Origin: Okamejei kenojei
Taxonomy: Eukaryota
NCBI GenBank assembly: GCA_035221665.1
Contig: CM069160.1
Coordinates: forward strand, 8,432,001 to 8,496,000
Direction: 5' to 3'
DNA: 64,000 bases
Below are positions 36,501 through 47,326 of this stretch, in pieces. Numbering within the stretch: the stretch's first letter is position 1; each line of letters opens with the position of its first letter. The notes beneath the pieces are model-generated. The model was not told where the DNA came from, did no database searches, and saw only the letters and a list, made by a program, of their open reading frames with translations. The translations under genes were made by a program, and so were the position numbers.

Positions 36501-37618
36501 CCCCCCCCCGCTCCACCCCTTCCCCGGGCACTTTCCCTTGCAACCGCAAGAGATGCTACACTTGTCCCTTCACCTCACCCCTACACTCCTTTCAGGGACC
36601 CAAGCAGTCCTTCCAGGTCCGACAGACCAGGTTCACCTGCACCTCCTCCAACATCATCTACTGCATCCGCTGCTCCAGATGCCAGATGATCTATATCGGT
36701 GAGACCAAGCGGAGGCTTGGCGATCGTTTCGCCGAACACCTCCGCTCGGTCCGCAATAACCAACCCGACCTCCCGGTGGCTCAGCACTTCAACTCCCCCT
36801 CCCATTCCATATCCGACCTCTCGGTCCTGGGCCTCCTCCACGGCCAGAGTGAGCAACACCGCAAGTTGGAGGAACATTTTTTTTAATTTCAAAATATACT
36901 TTATTCAAATGATAAATATATACAATACATTAACCTTGCGGAAAATCCATCCGACATTTTCGGAGGCTGTACAATAGATCAATACAGGTTAGACATTTCT
37001 TTCCCCCAAATTTCCACAAATCAGTCCCCCACTCGTGCCACAATGGCGTGGGATACCTTCCCTTATATTGCGGGGCGTCTCCACCATACCGTACCCCCCA
37101 TGTCCAGCAGCGGAAGGGCCTTAGACTGTGGCCCTCCCTGGAGGAACAGCCCCTCATATTCCGCTTGGGGAGTCTGCATCCTCTGGGCTTGAACATTGAA
37201 TTTTCTCAATTCTGTTAACCCTTGCTGTCTCCTCCCCTTCCCACCTCTCCCTCAGCCCTCGGGCTCCTCCTCCTCCTTTTTCCTTTCTTCTCCCCGCCCC
37301 CCCCCCCCCCCCCTCCTCCCATCAGGCTGAAGAGGGTTTCGGCCTGAAACGTTGCCTATCTCCCTCGCTCCATAGATGCTGCTGCACCCGCTGAGTTTCT
37401 CCAGCCTTTTGTGTACCCTCGATTTTCCAGCATCTGCAGTTCCTTCTTAACACTTATTCCTGCCTGACCCAGGCACCTGCCTGACCCGCAGAGTTATTCC
37501 AGCATTTTGCGTACATTAGTCCTTTATTCTCTCCAAAGGGAGGCTAGAGAAATGAACTCCACCTACCTGAACAGACCCAGGGAAGGCATAGACACAAGGT
37601 ACCGAGTAGCAGCAACAT
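11774..37618 (-). CDS. MHC class I heavy chain gene (7 coding exons, 383 aa); probably non-classical UDA-like lineage of cartilaginous fish
   Basis: Seven minus-strand exons with GT-AG phase-1 junctions join into one open frame of 52+264+276+276+132+30+122=1152 nt: signal peptide, alpha1, alpha2 (C101-C164), C1-set alpha3, TM and a two-exon cytoplasmic tail. No stops or frameshifts seen. Lineage call is an inference from the 8/9 anchor pattern. Confidence 0.93.
12295..12875 (-). mobile_element. L2 LINE 3' fragment
   Basis: [33 protein letters not shown] motif; (cttga)n tail at about 12296-12315. Confidence 0.85.
13017..13567 (-). mobile_element. CR1 3' end, (taaccata)n-tail subfamily
   Basis: Near-identical to 2073-2620. 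Confidence 0.9.
13787..13816 (-). CDS. MHC class I exon 6, cytoplasmic mini-exon ([10 protein letters not shown])
   Basis: Strong acceptor (ttttcattttttttAG) and donor CAG|GTAAGT around 30 nt, phase 1-1; Ser/Thr-rich like class I tail exons. Confidence 0.8.
14175..16066 (+). mobile_element. Tc1-family DNA transposon (DD34E, IR/DR-type TIRs of about 215 bp), defective copy 1
   Basis: TA|CAGTGGCTTGCAAAAG...CTTTTGCAAGCCACTG ends; transposase motifs [35 protein letters not shown]. Start codon mutated to ATA, frameshift near 15455, CR1 fragment inserted at about 14478-14753. Confidence 0.95.
16067..17070 (+). mobile_element. Two tandem Tx1/L1-like 3' fragments with A-tails
   Basis: Two similar LLLAFW.H..PTIL..G.PV units, each followed by a T-rich UTR and an A-run (about 16470-16480 and 17063-17069). 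Confidence 0.6.
17583..17714 (-). CDS. MHC class I exon 5, transmembrane ([44 protein letters not shown])
   Basis: Acceptor ttaattAG, donor AAG|GTAAGT, 132 nt, phase 1; about 23-aa hydrophobic stretch followed by KK stop-transfer. Confidence 0.9.
20632..20907 (-). CDS. MHC class I exon 4, alpha3 Ig C1-set domain (AVPDVRV...[10 protein letters not shown]...LPNHDGTYQ...HVCRVWHSS...VDW)
   Basis: Polypyrimidine (tc)n tract and cAG acceptor, donor G|GTAAGA, 276 nt; C1-set Cys pair, GFFP and LPNxDGTYQ motifs. Confidence 0.96.
21252..21531. mobile_element. PIF/Harbinger-type palindromic MITE inserted in a SINE
   Basis: CCCTGTCCCACTTAGGAAACCTGAACGGAAACCTC...GAGGTTTCCGTTCAGGTTTCCTAAGTGGGACAGGG, inverted arms of about 85 bp, flanked by TAA/TTA. 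Confidence 0.75.
22217..22809. mobile_element. GC-rich non-autonomous DNA transposon with 6-bp TSD (hAT-like), inserted in a SINE
   Basis: CTACAG|CAGAGATGCCAA...TTGGCATCTCTG|CTACAG; internal tandem duplication of about 42 bp. Confidence 0.8.
25150..29420 (+). mobile_element. Rex1/Babar-type non-LTR retrotransposon, apparently 5'-complete, interrupted by nested insertions
   Basis: Arg-rich N-terminus [24 protein letters not shown] motifs ITETWL and GGGLCIY, RT motifs [25 protein letters not shown] and KFADDT; several frameshifts. Confidence 0.85.
27704..28026. mobile_element. PIF/Harbinger-type MITE inserted in the Rex1 RT
   Basis: CCCTGTCCCAC...GTGGGACAGGG ends; it splits the FLTN|RPQ codons of the LINE. 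Confidence 0.75.
30197..30481 (+). mobile_element. Probable solo LTR (285 bp)
   Basis: TGTGGCG...CGCTACA inverted termini, AATAAA at 30418-30423, embedded in a (TAT)n tract; TSD not clean. Confidence 0.6.
31427..31702 (-). CDS. MHC class I exon 3, alpha2 domain ([11 protein letters not shown]...STKDKWN...[17 protein letters not shown])
   Basis: Acceptor tctAG, donor AAG|GTAGGT, 276 nt. G100-C101, Q-Y-A-F-N-G-x-D, W133, T143-K-x-K146-W147, Y159, C164, W167, Y171. Confidence 0.96.
33405..33668 (-). CDS. MHC class I exon 2, alpha1 domain ([11 protein letters not shown]...DYWDKETQ...QRANLSKM)
   Basis: Acceptor tttacAG, donor G|GTGCGT, 264 nt. Motifs H3-S-L-x-Y7, PEFV..G..DG, PWM, Y59-W-D-x-E-T, R84 and the N86-L-S sequon. 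Confidence 0.96.
34265..34906 (-). mobile_element. 3'UTR and poly-A of the same L1 family, in class I intron 1
   Basis: Reverse complement matches 43120-43770 (ggcctgaatat..gaatggatgaagaaatatatat..tccaaggacggattaatga); T-run at the left end. Confidence 0.8.
36385..37455 (+). mobile_element. Penelope-like element 3' part (GIY-YIG endonuclease plus terminal repeat), interrupted by a Tx1-like fragment at about 36880-37140
   Basis: ORF 36353-36886: [34 protein letters not shown]; resumes EEQ.LIFRLG.L.P.GLN at about 37140, followed by a CTGAAGA...GAAACGT terminal segment. Confidence 0.88.
37567..37618 (-). CDS. MHC class I exon 1, leader peptide [17 protein letters not shown]
   Basis: ATG at 37618-37616, hydrophobic 17-aa signal peptide, phase-1 donor CAG|GTAGGT at 37566; lies about 170 bp downstream of the X/Y promoter boxes. 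Confidence 0.88.
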
Positions 37619-37759
37619 TCCCCAAACCAAATGCCCCGAGCCAGGCAAGGGGGCAAAAACTCCAAATAAGAATAAACAACAAGTGTTTATCCGCACATTA
37701 TGGCGTCGTTTGCATTTCGGGCATTTCCTCGAATTGAACGCGGAAGCAGAGAAAGGGAA

Positions 37760-37862
37760 TCATTGGGCACTCGGATGCAAGCGGCCAATGAGAGATTTTC
37801 ACAGTACCTGCTCACCAGTTACCAGGCCGCCTAGACTCAAACAGTTTAAAAACAGGAAACCG
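37760..37862 (-). promoter_or_regulatory. MHC SXY-type promoter module: X1 box, Y box, downstream CCAAT; possible S box and ISRE/ETS-like site
   Basis: Minus strand: X1-like CCTGGTAACTGGTG (37826-37813), exactly 20 nt, Y box CTCATTGG (37792-37785), then a forward CCAAT 18 nt after the ATTGG (37766-37762). GGTTTCCTGTTTT upstream (about 37861-37849). Confidence 0.75.
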
Positions 37863-37999
37863 CACCTCCAACAACAGGACAGGCTTAGAGGCTCGACATA
37901 ACATGCTGGAGTAACGCAGCGGGCCGGGCACGGCACATCACCCGTCCCTTCTCTCCAGAGATGCTGCCAGTCCCGTTGAGTTATAGGGAGGGGAGGGGG

Positions 38000-38760
38000 T
38001 GGTTTGCACGAAAGGTCACTGAATCAAAGGGCTTGACGCACGGAGCCGCTCAATCCTTCTGGAGGACATCGCTGCTTCTGGTATATGTTATTAATGCAAG
38101 AAACGCGTACTTTCCTACCTGTTTAAAAACCGCCAAAATGTTGAATTTCTGCGCTGTAAACAATGGTGAACGTCAGGGTAAGCGTGAGAGACGTGTACCC
38201 GACTTCACAATTTCAAAAGTCAAGCGAAATGAAGGTAAAGAGAAGCGAGAGCTGAAGGGACAACAACAGCTAAAGTGCTTGGCGAACATTGGCCGTGCAG
38301 ATATCGGAATTGAAAATATTGGGAATTAGCGCGTTTGCTCACTGCATTTCATCAACAGTAAGGCATTATTTGTGTTTTGTCTTGATTGCTTTGGTGTCTC
38401 AGAAGTGATAAATCTGGCTGTAAATTTTGCTTCAGAGGCGTTTTCTTTTTGTATGTTAAAAACTCACTTGAGGACCATGGGCGATTTAAAAATTTTACAG
38501 CCAGATTTATCACTTCTGAAACTTTTTACACACAAACACAAATAATGCCTTAGTTGATGAAATGCAGTGAGCAAACGGCCAATGTTCGCCAAGCACTGGT
38601 TGTTGTTGTCCCTTCAGCTCTCGCATCTAACTACCGTCATTTCTCCTCACTTTTGGAATTCTGAGTAGGCTAAATGTTTCTCATGCTTATCCCGATTTCC
38701 ATAATTATTTACAGCGCAAAAATTGATCATTCGGTGGGTTTTAACGGGCCCGCTACGCTG
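38000..38760. mobile_element. Fold-back (long inverted repeat) element just upstream of the class I promoter
   Basis: Arms at about 38245-38430 and 38490-38625 are reverse complements (gcttggcgaacattggccgt / acggccaatgttcgccaagc; agaagtgataaatctggctgtaaa / tttacagccagatttatcacttct). Confidence 0.65.
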
Positions 38761-38769
38761 GAACCAATG

Positions 38770-39200
38770 GTCAGAGTGAGCAACACCGCAAGCTGGAGGA
38801 ACAGCACCTCATATTCCGCTTGGGGAGTCTGCATCCTTTGGGCTTGAACATTGAATTTTCTCAATTCTGTTAACCCTTGCTGTCTCCTCCCCTTCCCACC
38901 TCTCCCTCAGCCTTCGGGCCCTGGCATTCCCTCTATCTCTATCTCCCTCCCCCACCCTAGTCGCACCAGCTTCTCATTTTCACACCACAAACAGCTGACA
39001 ATGGCTTGTTCCCTTTATCATCGATACTTTTTTGCATATCTTTCATTCATTGTTCCTTATCTCTCCACATCACCGTCTATATCTCTCGTTTCCCTGATCC
39101 CTGACCAGTCTGAAGAAGGGTCTCGACCTGAAACGTCGCCTATCTCCTTTGCTCCTTAGATGCTGCTGCACCCGCTGAGTTTCTCCAGCTTTTTGTGTAC
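38770..39200 (+). mobile_element. Penelope-like element 3' end
   Basis: Near-identical to 60476-60920; encodes [17 protein letters not shown] and carries the terminal hammerhead-like segment. Confidence 0.8.
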
Positions 39201-42200
39201 CCATGGTCAGTTCTTATCTGCAGTTCATCGCGTGTACTCCATTTGGTGTAGCGAAGCAACAGTACGGGTCATAGGTTGTGACCCGACTGCCGTGAAACCT
39301 CCCTATACCAGCATTTTGTGTCTATCTTTGTTTCAATACAGCATCGGCAGTTCCTTTGGTTGCTGGACACTAGTGGGCACAGGCTTTTCAGTTCACTAGG
39401 ATGAGAGAGTTATTAGCTCTAAGAAGAGGCCCGGCAAACCTGGGAAAATGTAGATACAAGGAACTGCAGACGCTGGTTAATACACAAAAGGAGACAAAGC
39501 GCTGGAGAATGATGCAAAGATCCTTGTCACGATTTATCCTGAACTGCTCTGCAGCAGAGGATAGGCACACAAAGCTGGAATAACTCAACGTATCAGGCAG
39601 CATCTATGGAGAAAAAGAATTGTTGACGTTTTGGGTGGAGACCCTTCTTCAGAGTCAGTGGAAAAGAAAACTGGGATGCAGAGAAATAGAGAACATGTAA
39701 ATTAATGATATGCAAAAAAGTAACGATGATAAAGGAAATTGGCCATTGTAACAGAGATCTATGTGCTGCTCCCAGGGACGCATTCAGAGACGGACACCGA
39801 GTGCTGCTGGAAGGTCATCAACTCGGTAAAATACCCTCTTTGGTCTGCCGGAGCTTTGTTGACCTCCCAGCAGTGCGAGATGTCCATCGGGGAATGTGGC
39901 CGACTGGCCCGCTCCAGACTGCAGGAGTACGTGCTGAGGGTCGCGCTGAAGCTCGGTGCAGCCAACCCAAGGCTCTGTGGGGGAGGAGCACAGACTTGGG
40001 ACCTTCTGTTGCTCGGCATTAGGAGGCAGGGTGTGATGGAGACGCCCCTCAAACGAGGAAAGGGATATCACCCCAGGGGGCCACATGAGGGATGCCATTT
40101 AGACTGGGTGATTGTTTCGTTGACTGTTTGACCTCGACTGAAACGGACTGTTCCAGCTGCTACGGTCAGGCAAACGCCTCGGTTGCCACGCTGTGAAAAC
40201 GGAGAGGTTGAGAAGGAGTTTCTTCCCAGAGGCCATTAGGACTGTAAACTCCTACCTCACCAGGGACTAACTTATTGCACCAATTTACTGTTGTGTGGTG
40301 TCTTTTTATAATTGCTGTTTTTTTCTTTACTCCCACAAATATGTAATATGTGATTCTGTTCCATTCTGTTTTGTAGTTTGTTTTGTTTGCACAATCTGCA
40401 AGCATTGCCACTTTTCATTTCCCTGCACATCTCGTATGCGTATGTGACGAATAAACTTGACTTTGTGAGATACCCTTTATGCTCACAATTAATACTCAAA
40501 GACTAAATCCTGGAAGCAAGAGATTTCTTTATTTTACGAGTCTGCAGACCGGATGCCTCTCCAACTCGAGACACACCGAAGCCAGAGAGATCATCCCCCT
40601 TTATACACAGAATCTTACATTCAACCTCCCCTCCGGACCCTTCTCCAATCAGGGTCGGAGGTGCACAATCTGTAGGTACATTCCACCGTACATCCCCTCG
40701 CACTTCCCATATCATACATTGCATGTTCAAACATGTTCATGGTAATGAGCAATTTCTTGACCAGGGGTGTGTTGTAATATTCATTTTTCTATTAAGCATG
40801 CTCAATCTCTCATGACCTGGCCCAGTTTTACTCACCTCCTAGTGAACCCTCTCAGTTTTCCTATATCAATACTAAAGCTAAGCTATAGTGACAAGGGTCC
40901 CATCTATCACTCCCTTTCACTGATAGGGATCTCTCTACATCACTCCCTTCTACAGCTATACAATGCTATCACTTCTTACTCAAGGACTCAAGGATGGGTC
41001 TGGCAACCTTCAGACACTGCTGTGTCAGAATCCTCTCTCCAGCCCCTCTCTGTTTGAATTCTCTTTAAAACTCCTTTCTTTAATAGGGTTTAATCACTTT
41101 ATCACTCACAATTCCTCCCACAAATATGTAATATGTGATTCTGTTCCATTCTGTTTTGTAGTTTGTTTTGTTTGCACAATCTGCGAGCATTGCCACTTTT
41201 CATTTCACTGCACATCTCGTATGCGTATGTGACGAATAAACTTGACTTGAGTTGAACACCTTCACTCAGTCCGCCTGGAGCTACCTGATCTCCCGGTTGC
41301 CAAACACTTTCATTCCCATTCCCACACTGAACTTTCTGTCCTAGGCCTCCTCCATTGTTAGAGTGAGGCCAAACGAAAATTGGCGGTACAGCATCTCATA
41401 TTTCACTTGGGCAGCTTTCAACCCAGTGGTATGACTTGGATTTGGCTAACTTCAAGTAACCCTTGCATCCCTTCTCTCTCTAGTCCCCCCCGCCCACCCA
41501 AGTCATACCGTCTTGTTGTGTCTCATTGTCTGTAACTCGTTTTCACCTAGCCCACAGAGAACAATGGCCTGTTTCCTTTATCATTGTTACTTATATGCTT
41601 ATCTTTCATTCATTTGTTCGATAGCTCCCTACATCACCGTCTATATCTCTTCTTTTCCCTTCTCCTGACTCTCAGTCTGAAGAAAGGTCTCTACCCGAAA
41701 CATCACCTATTCCTTGTCTCCAGAGATGCTGCCTGACCCAGAGTTACCGCAGCTTTTTGTGTTTCTCTTGCGTACAATAACAGTTCGCTGAACACTACCA
41801 AATACAATGCTGATGAATGTGTCTACAGCCACTGAGAGTGTCAGAAGCATGGTTGCACAGTTCTTGTTTTGTGTGTATTTTATATTTTGAATAAAGTTTA
41901 TTTTGAATAAACAAAAAAAAACTCAGCAGGTCATGCAGCATATCTGGAAAACATGGATAGGAGACATTTCGGGTCAGAACTGATTCCGGGTCTCTACCCG
42001 AAATGTCACCTATCCATGTTCTCCAGAGGTGCTGAGTTACTCCAGCACTTTGTGTCCTTTTGGGACAAACTTGAATTGTTTACTCTGCAATGTCAGAGAC
42101 TGAAGGGAGACCTGATAGGAGTATATACAATTATGATAGGAGAGATAGAAAGTCTTACCCAGGGTGGGAGTGACAAGCTAAGTTTAGTTTATAATCACGT

Positions 42201-42295
42201 GTATCAAGATACAATGAAAATCTTTTTTTGCATGCCATCCAGTCGAAGGAAAGATAATACATGATTACAATCGAGCCATTCACAATGTCCAGATG

Positions 42296-43949
42296 CAGGC
42301 CCGTATGAAGCTTTCCAAAAAGGGGGGTGGCATGACAGGATTATAAAAATGTTAATGTGAAATAACGTGCGCGCTGCGCACATCACGAGCACGAAGCGTG
42401 AAGTCCATCGATGCCGGGGTCCAGGTCCCGCTTAAGGGCCCTGGAAGCTCTGGGGTTTTAGATGCTCTCTGATTCATCCTGAGCCTTATTTTGGAGCATT
42501 CGTGCACCAAATTTGTGACCAATATTTCAGAAATTAACAGGAATCTGAGAGTTAGCTTTTTCACAGTGTGGCGTGCAAATGGCAGTCTGATCCCGCCCGG
42601 GCCCACTGCGCAGGCACGGATGGTCGCATTTTTGTCTCCCAAATCATCCAGCGGCCTTCCAAATCTAAATTACATAGTATATTTCCAAAATTATCTCCTA
42701 TATGTGATAAATGTCAAATCTCAGAAGCAAACTTGTCACATTCATTTACTAATTGTATAAAAATTGTAGAATACTGGAACGAAATATTTAAGATCATTTC
42801 GAATGTTATTAATATTACTATGACTTCTGATCCAAAGTTAATAATACTTGGAATACTTGAAACGGACCAACTAATTACAATGAACCAAAGAATTTTTATC
42901 GACTATTGTTTAATAATTGGGAAAAAATTAATACTAAAATTTTGGAAAGGCCCTGCATCCCCAACAATTAAAATGTGGAATACAGAAATGTCGGAGACAC
43001 TTCACTTGGAGAGATTGAGGCTTGTCCTTATGGATAGGTTAGATCTCTTCAGAGGGATTTGGTCTCCATATATTAAATATTTACAGGGTCATAATGGTTC
43101 GGCGCGAGGACTTGACTGAGGCCTGAATATCTGAATGGATGAAGAAATATATATAATAAATCATGAATATATCTCCAAGGACGGATTAATGAGTAATATT
43201 CCAATCTCCATCAAACTTTCCATACTCTCTTTTCTATTTTCCTATGCTTAATTAGAAAAAAGTATAGAAACACATTATATTAAATTCTTAATATTAGTAC
43301 GAATATAGATATCACTGGTTGTATGAAAATATTATTAATGTCTTGTACTTTCAATTATATAAAATTGTGTATTTTCAACTATATAATAATTTTGGAATTT
43401 AAAGTCAATAATAATACAAACATTCTTAATATTATGAAAATATAATGAATATCATAGAAGTTCGGTTAATATTGTGTATTATCAATTATAACATGGGGAC
43501 CTGTATTTGGAAATCAGAGGAAATATGGATATCATGGGTAGTATGAGTATATTGCTAATACTAGGAATGTACTATTAATACCACATACTCCCAATTATAT
43601 AAAATAAACAACCTTAATATGTATAATTATAATATTACAAATAATATAAACAGTATCAATTTATCATTATTATCATGTATTTTTTGTCGTCGTATAAGAG
43701 TGTACTTTGTAATTACTTTGTTTCTATAATAAAAAATTTAAAAAAAAAATAAAAAAAAAAAAAAATAAAAAAAAATCATCCAGCGGCCGGAACCAGAATT
43801 TTGGGCGCTTTTCCGACAAACTGGAAACGCTGATTATTTTCCCGATTTTTTTTTTCCCCTTTTTTTTCTTCTCGGGATTTTTTCTAATCTGGGGGAAAAA
43901 AGGGGGGGTGCGGTCGCACCCAATGCACCCCCCCCTTCGGACGGCCATG
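42296..43949. mobile_element. Non-autonomous DNA element (hAT-like ends) that hosts the L1 insertion
   Basis: Imperfect inverted ends caggcccgta...gggggggtg / caccccccc...ggacggccatg; no clear TSD. Confidence 0.45.
42657..43772 (+). mobile_element. 5'-truncated L1-clade LINE (ORF2 C-terminal CCHC knuckle, AT-rich 3'UTR, poly-A) with 16-bp TSD
   Basis: CDKC...LSHSFTNC...YW motif; A-rich tail about 43726-43772; AAATCATCCAGCGGCC at 42641-42656 and 43773-43788. Confidence 0.88.
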
Positions 43950-44717
43950 TGCGCCCTGTATCAGCGGTGTGGTGAAGGGTCTGGGAGAGGGTCTGGTCGG
44001 TTAGACTTCCAGGCAGAGTGAACGCGGTGCATTAAAGCCGCTTGCAGTCGTCCCCTGCTCATTTGCAACGTACTTTATTGAGGGGGCGGACAAAACATGT
44101 AAGAAGAAACTGCAGATACTGGTTTACACCAAAGATAGACACACATTGTAGGAGTAACTCAGCGGGCCAGGCAGTATCTCTGGAGAGAAGGAACAGGTGA
44201 CGTTTTTTGTCGAGACCCCTCATCAGGCTTTTTGTCTGATGAAGGGTCTCAACCCAGAGAGTTGTGAATTTGTGGAATTCCCTGCCACAGAGGGCAGTGG
44301 AGCCAAATCACTGGATGGTTTTAAGAGAGAGTTAGATAGAGCTCTAGGGGCTAGTGGAATCAAGGGATATGGGGAGAAGGCAGGTGTGGGTTATTGATTG
44401 GGGACGATCAGCCATGATCGCAATGAATGGCGGTGCTGGCTCGAAGGGCCGAATGGCCCCCTCCAGCACCTATTTTCTATGTTTCAATATGCCACCTAGT
44501 CTATGGTGGCTATTGCACAGAGGAGTGCAGGTGTGATACGATATGATGCGATGGCACTTATTGATCCCAGGAGGAAAATTGATCTGCTAACAGTCATAAA
44601 ACACAAGATACACGAAACATGAGATTAAAGTGACGAGTGTAAAGGTTTGGGGATGTGCACCGATTGGGAGGGGTTGGGAGTCAATCTACCGCATGACAGA
44701 AGGGGGAGAAGTTGTAC

Positions 44718-46025
44718 TAACCATAACCATATAACCATATAACAATTACAGCACGGAAACAGGCCCTCTCGGTCCTTACAGTCCGTGCCGACCATTTGTT
44801 TTCCCTAGTCCCATCTACCTGCACTCGGACCATACCCCTCCATTCCCTTCATGTCCATATACCTATCCACTTTACTCTTAAATGTTAAAATCGATCCTGC
44901 CTCCACCACTTCTGCTGGAAGCTGATTCCACACAGCCACCACCCTCTGAGTAAAGAAGTTCCCCCTCACGTTACCCCGAAACCTCAATCAAGTCCCCCCT
45001 TAACCTTCTGCGCTCCAAAGAATAAAGACCTAACTTGTTCAACCTTTCTCTGTAACATAGTTGCTGGAACCCTGGCAACATTCTAGTAAATCTCCTCTGT
45101 ACTCTCTCTATTTTGTTGACATCCTTCCTATAACTAGGCGACCAAAATTGTACACCATACTCCAGAATTGGTCTTACCAATGCCTTGTACCATTTTTAAC
45201 ATTACTTCCCTACTCCTATATTCAATACTCTGATTTATAAAGGCCAGCACACCAAAGGCTTTCTTTACCACCCTATCAACATGCGATTCCACCTTCAGGG
45301 AACTATGCACAGTTATTCCTAGATCCCTCTGTTCCACAGCATTCCTCAATTCCCTACCATTTACCATGTACGTCCTATTTTGATTTGTCCTGCCAAGATG
45401 TAGCACTTCACACTTATCAGCATTAAACTCCATCTGCCATCTTTCAGCCCACTTTTCCAAATGGCCCAAATCTCTCTGTAGACTTTGAAAATCTACTTCA
45501 TTATCCACAACACCACCTATCTTAGTATCATCTGCATACTTACTTATTCAATTTTCCACCCCATCATCCAGATCATTGATGTACATGACAAACAACAGTG
45601 GACCCAATATAGATCCCTGAGGCACCCCACTGGTCACCGGCTTCCAACCTGACAAACTGCCATCCACCATCACTCTCTGACCTCCCATTCAGCCACTGTT
45701 GAATCCATGTTGCTACTCCGCCATTAACACCCAAAGATTGAACCTTCTTAACCAACCTTCCATGGGGAACCTTGTCAAAGGCCTTACTGAAATCCATATA
45801 GACAACATTCACTGCTTTACCCTCATCAATTTCCCTAGTTACCGCTTCAAAAAATTCAAGAAGGTTTGTCAAACATGACCTTCCAGGCACAAATCCATGT
45901 TGACTGTTCCTGATCAGACCCTGTTTATCCAGATGCTTATATATATTATCCCTAAGTATCCTTTCCATTAATTTGCCCACCACTGACGTCAAACTAATAG
46001 GTCTATAATTGCTAGGTTTACTGTT
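44718..46025 (-). mobile_element. CR1 LINE RT plus 3' end, (taaccata)n-tail subfamily, with an internal deletion
   Basis: NYRPISLTSVVGK, QHGF..GRSCLTNL, YMDFSKAFDKVPH, WQMEFNADKC. Confidence 0.9.
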
Positions 46026-46159
46026 TGATAGCCACAGGGAAGAAGGATCTTCTGTAGCGTTCTGTACCGCATCTTGGTGGAACACTTTTGAAATGCAGAG
46101 CACCTTACAGTTGGTGAATGCTTCAGTGCCCAGATTCCTCTGCAAACATGAATATGAAA

Positions 46160-46680
46160 CATTAACCTACGGCATCACTTCCTGGTTCGGGAGCTGCAAG
46201 GCGTACGAACGGCACCAACTGGACAGGATTGTGAAGACCGCCAGCAGGATTATTGGTGCTCCACTCCCTTTCCTGCTGGACATATACAGGAAGAGATGCA
46301 TCAGCAGAGCCATCTCCATCATCAAAGACCCCCACCACCCATCGCATCACATATTCTCCATCCTGCCATCTGGGAAGAGGTACAGGAGCATCAGCTGCAA
46401 AACCAGCAGGATGCTCCTCAGCTTCTTCCCGCAGGCTATAAGACTGATAAACGGACTTTGCCCCCTGCCAAAGTATCGCGCACCAACCCGGACACACTAA
46501 AGCAGAGCCATTGTCATGCCGCTGCCGATTGGAACTCATGATATATGTATTTTTATTTTTATTTCTATTTATTTTTTACCGCACACTAAATGGACACTGG
46601 TTGAGCAACGTTTTTTCGTTTCCCCTGGGTATGTAAGTACTCAGGAAAAATGATAATAAAGATATACAATACAATGCAAT
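46160..46680 (+). mobile_element. Rex1/Babar 3' fragment
   Basis: LTYGITSWFG...L.RIVKTA.RIIG..LP...IIKDP.HP.H..FS.LPSGKRYRS...SFFPQAIRL; (caata)n tail. Confidence 0.8.
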
Positions 46681-47326
46681 ATCATATGAAGGTCTCCTGA
46701 ACTGCCAGCTCTGTTCATGTATCTGCACAGACACCGATTGTCCTGCTAGATCTTCAAACAGAAGGTAGACACAAAATGCTTGAGAAGCTCAGCGGGACAG
46801 GCATCGTCTCTGGGGTAATGTTTTAGGTCGAGATTCTTCTTCAGATCTTCACACATCGTCTCTGATATTGCAGATTCCTGAACGTGGTACAGCACAGCAC
46901 AGCACAGGGACAGGCCCTTCGGCCCACACTGTTCTGCGCCGATCGTGACGCCAAGTTCAGTAGGAAGGAACTGCAGATGCTGGTTTACACCAAAGATATA
47001 CACAAAATGCTGGAGTAGCTCAGCGGGACATACAAGATACAAGATACAAGATACATTTATTTGTCACATGTGCCAGATGGCACAGTGAAATGTGATTACC
47101 ATACAGCCATACAGTGTAAATAAAGAACACAACACACGATAGAATTCAACATAAAAACATCCCCACACAGCAGAATCAAAGTTTCCCACTGTGAGGGAAG
47201 CCACCAAAGTCAGTCTCTTCCTCTAATGTAACCCAATGTTCACCCGTGGTCGGGGGCCTCCCTGAGCCTTCTGCTGTCGCCGCTGCGGGTGGCCCGATGT
47301 TCAGGCCCTCTCGCCGAGTTGATAAG

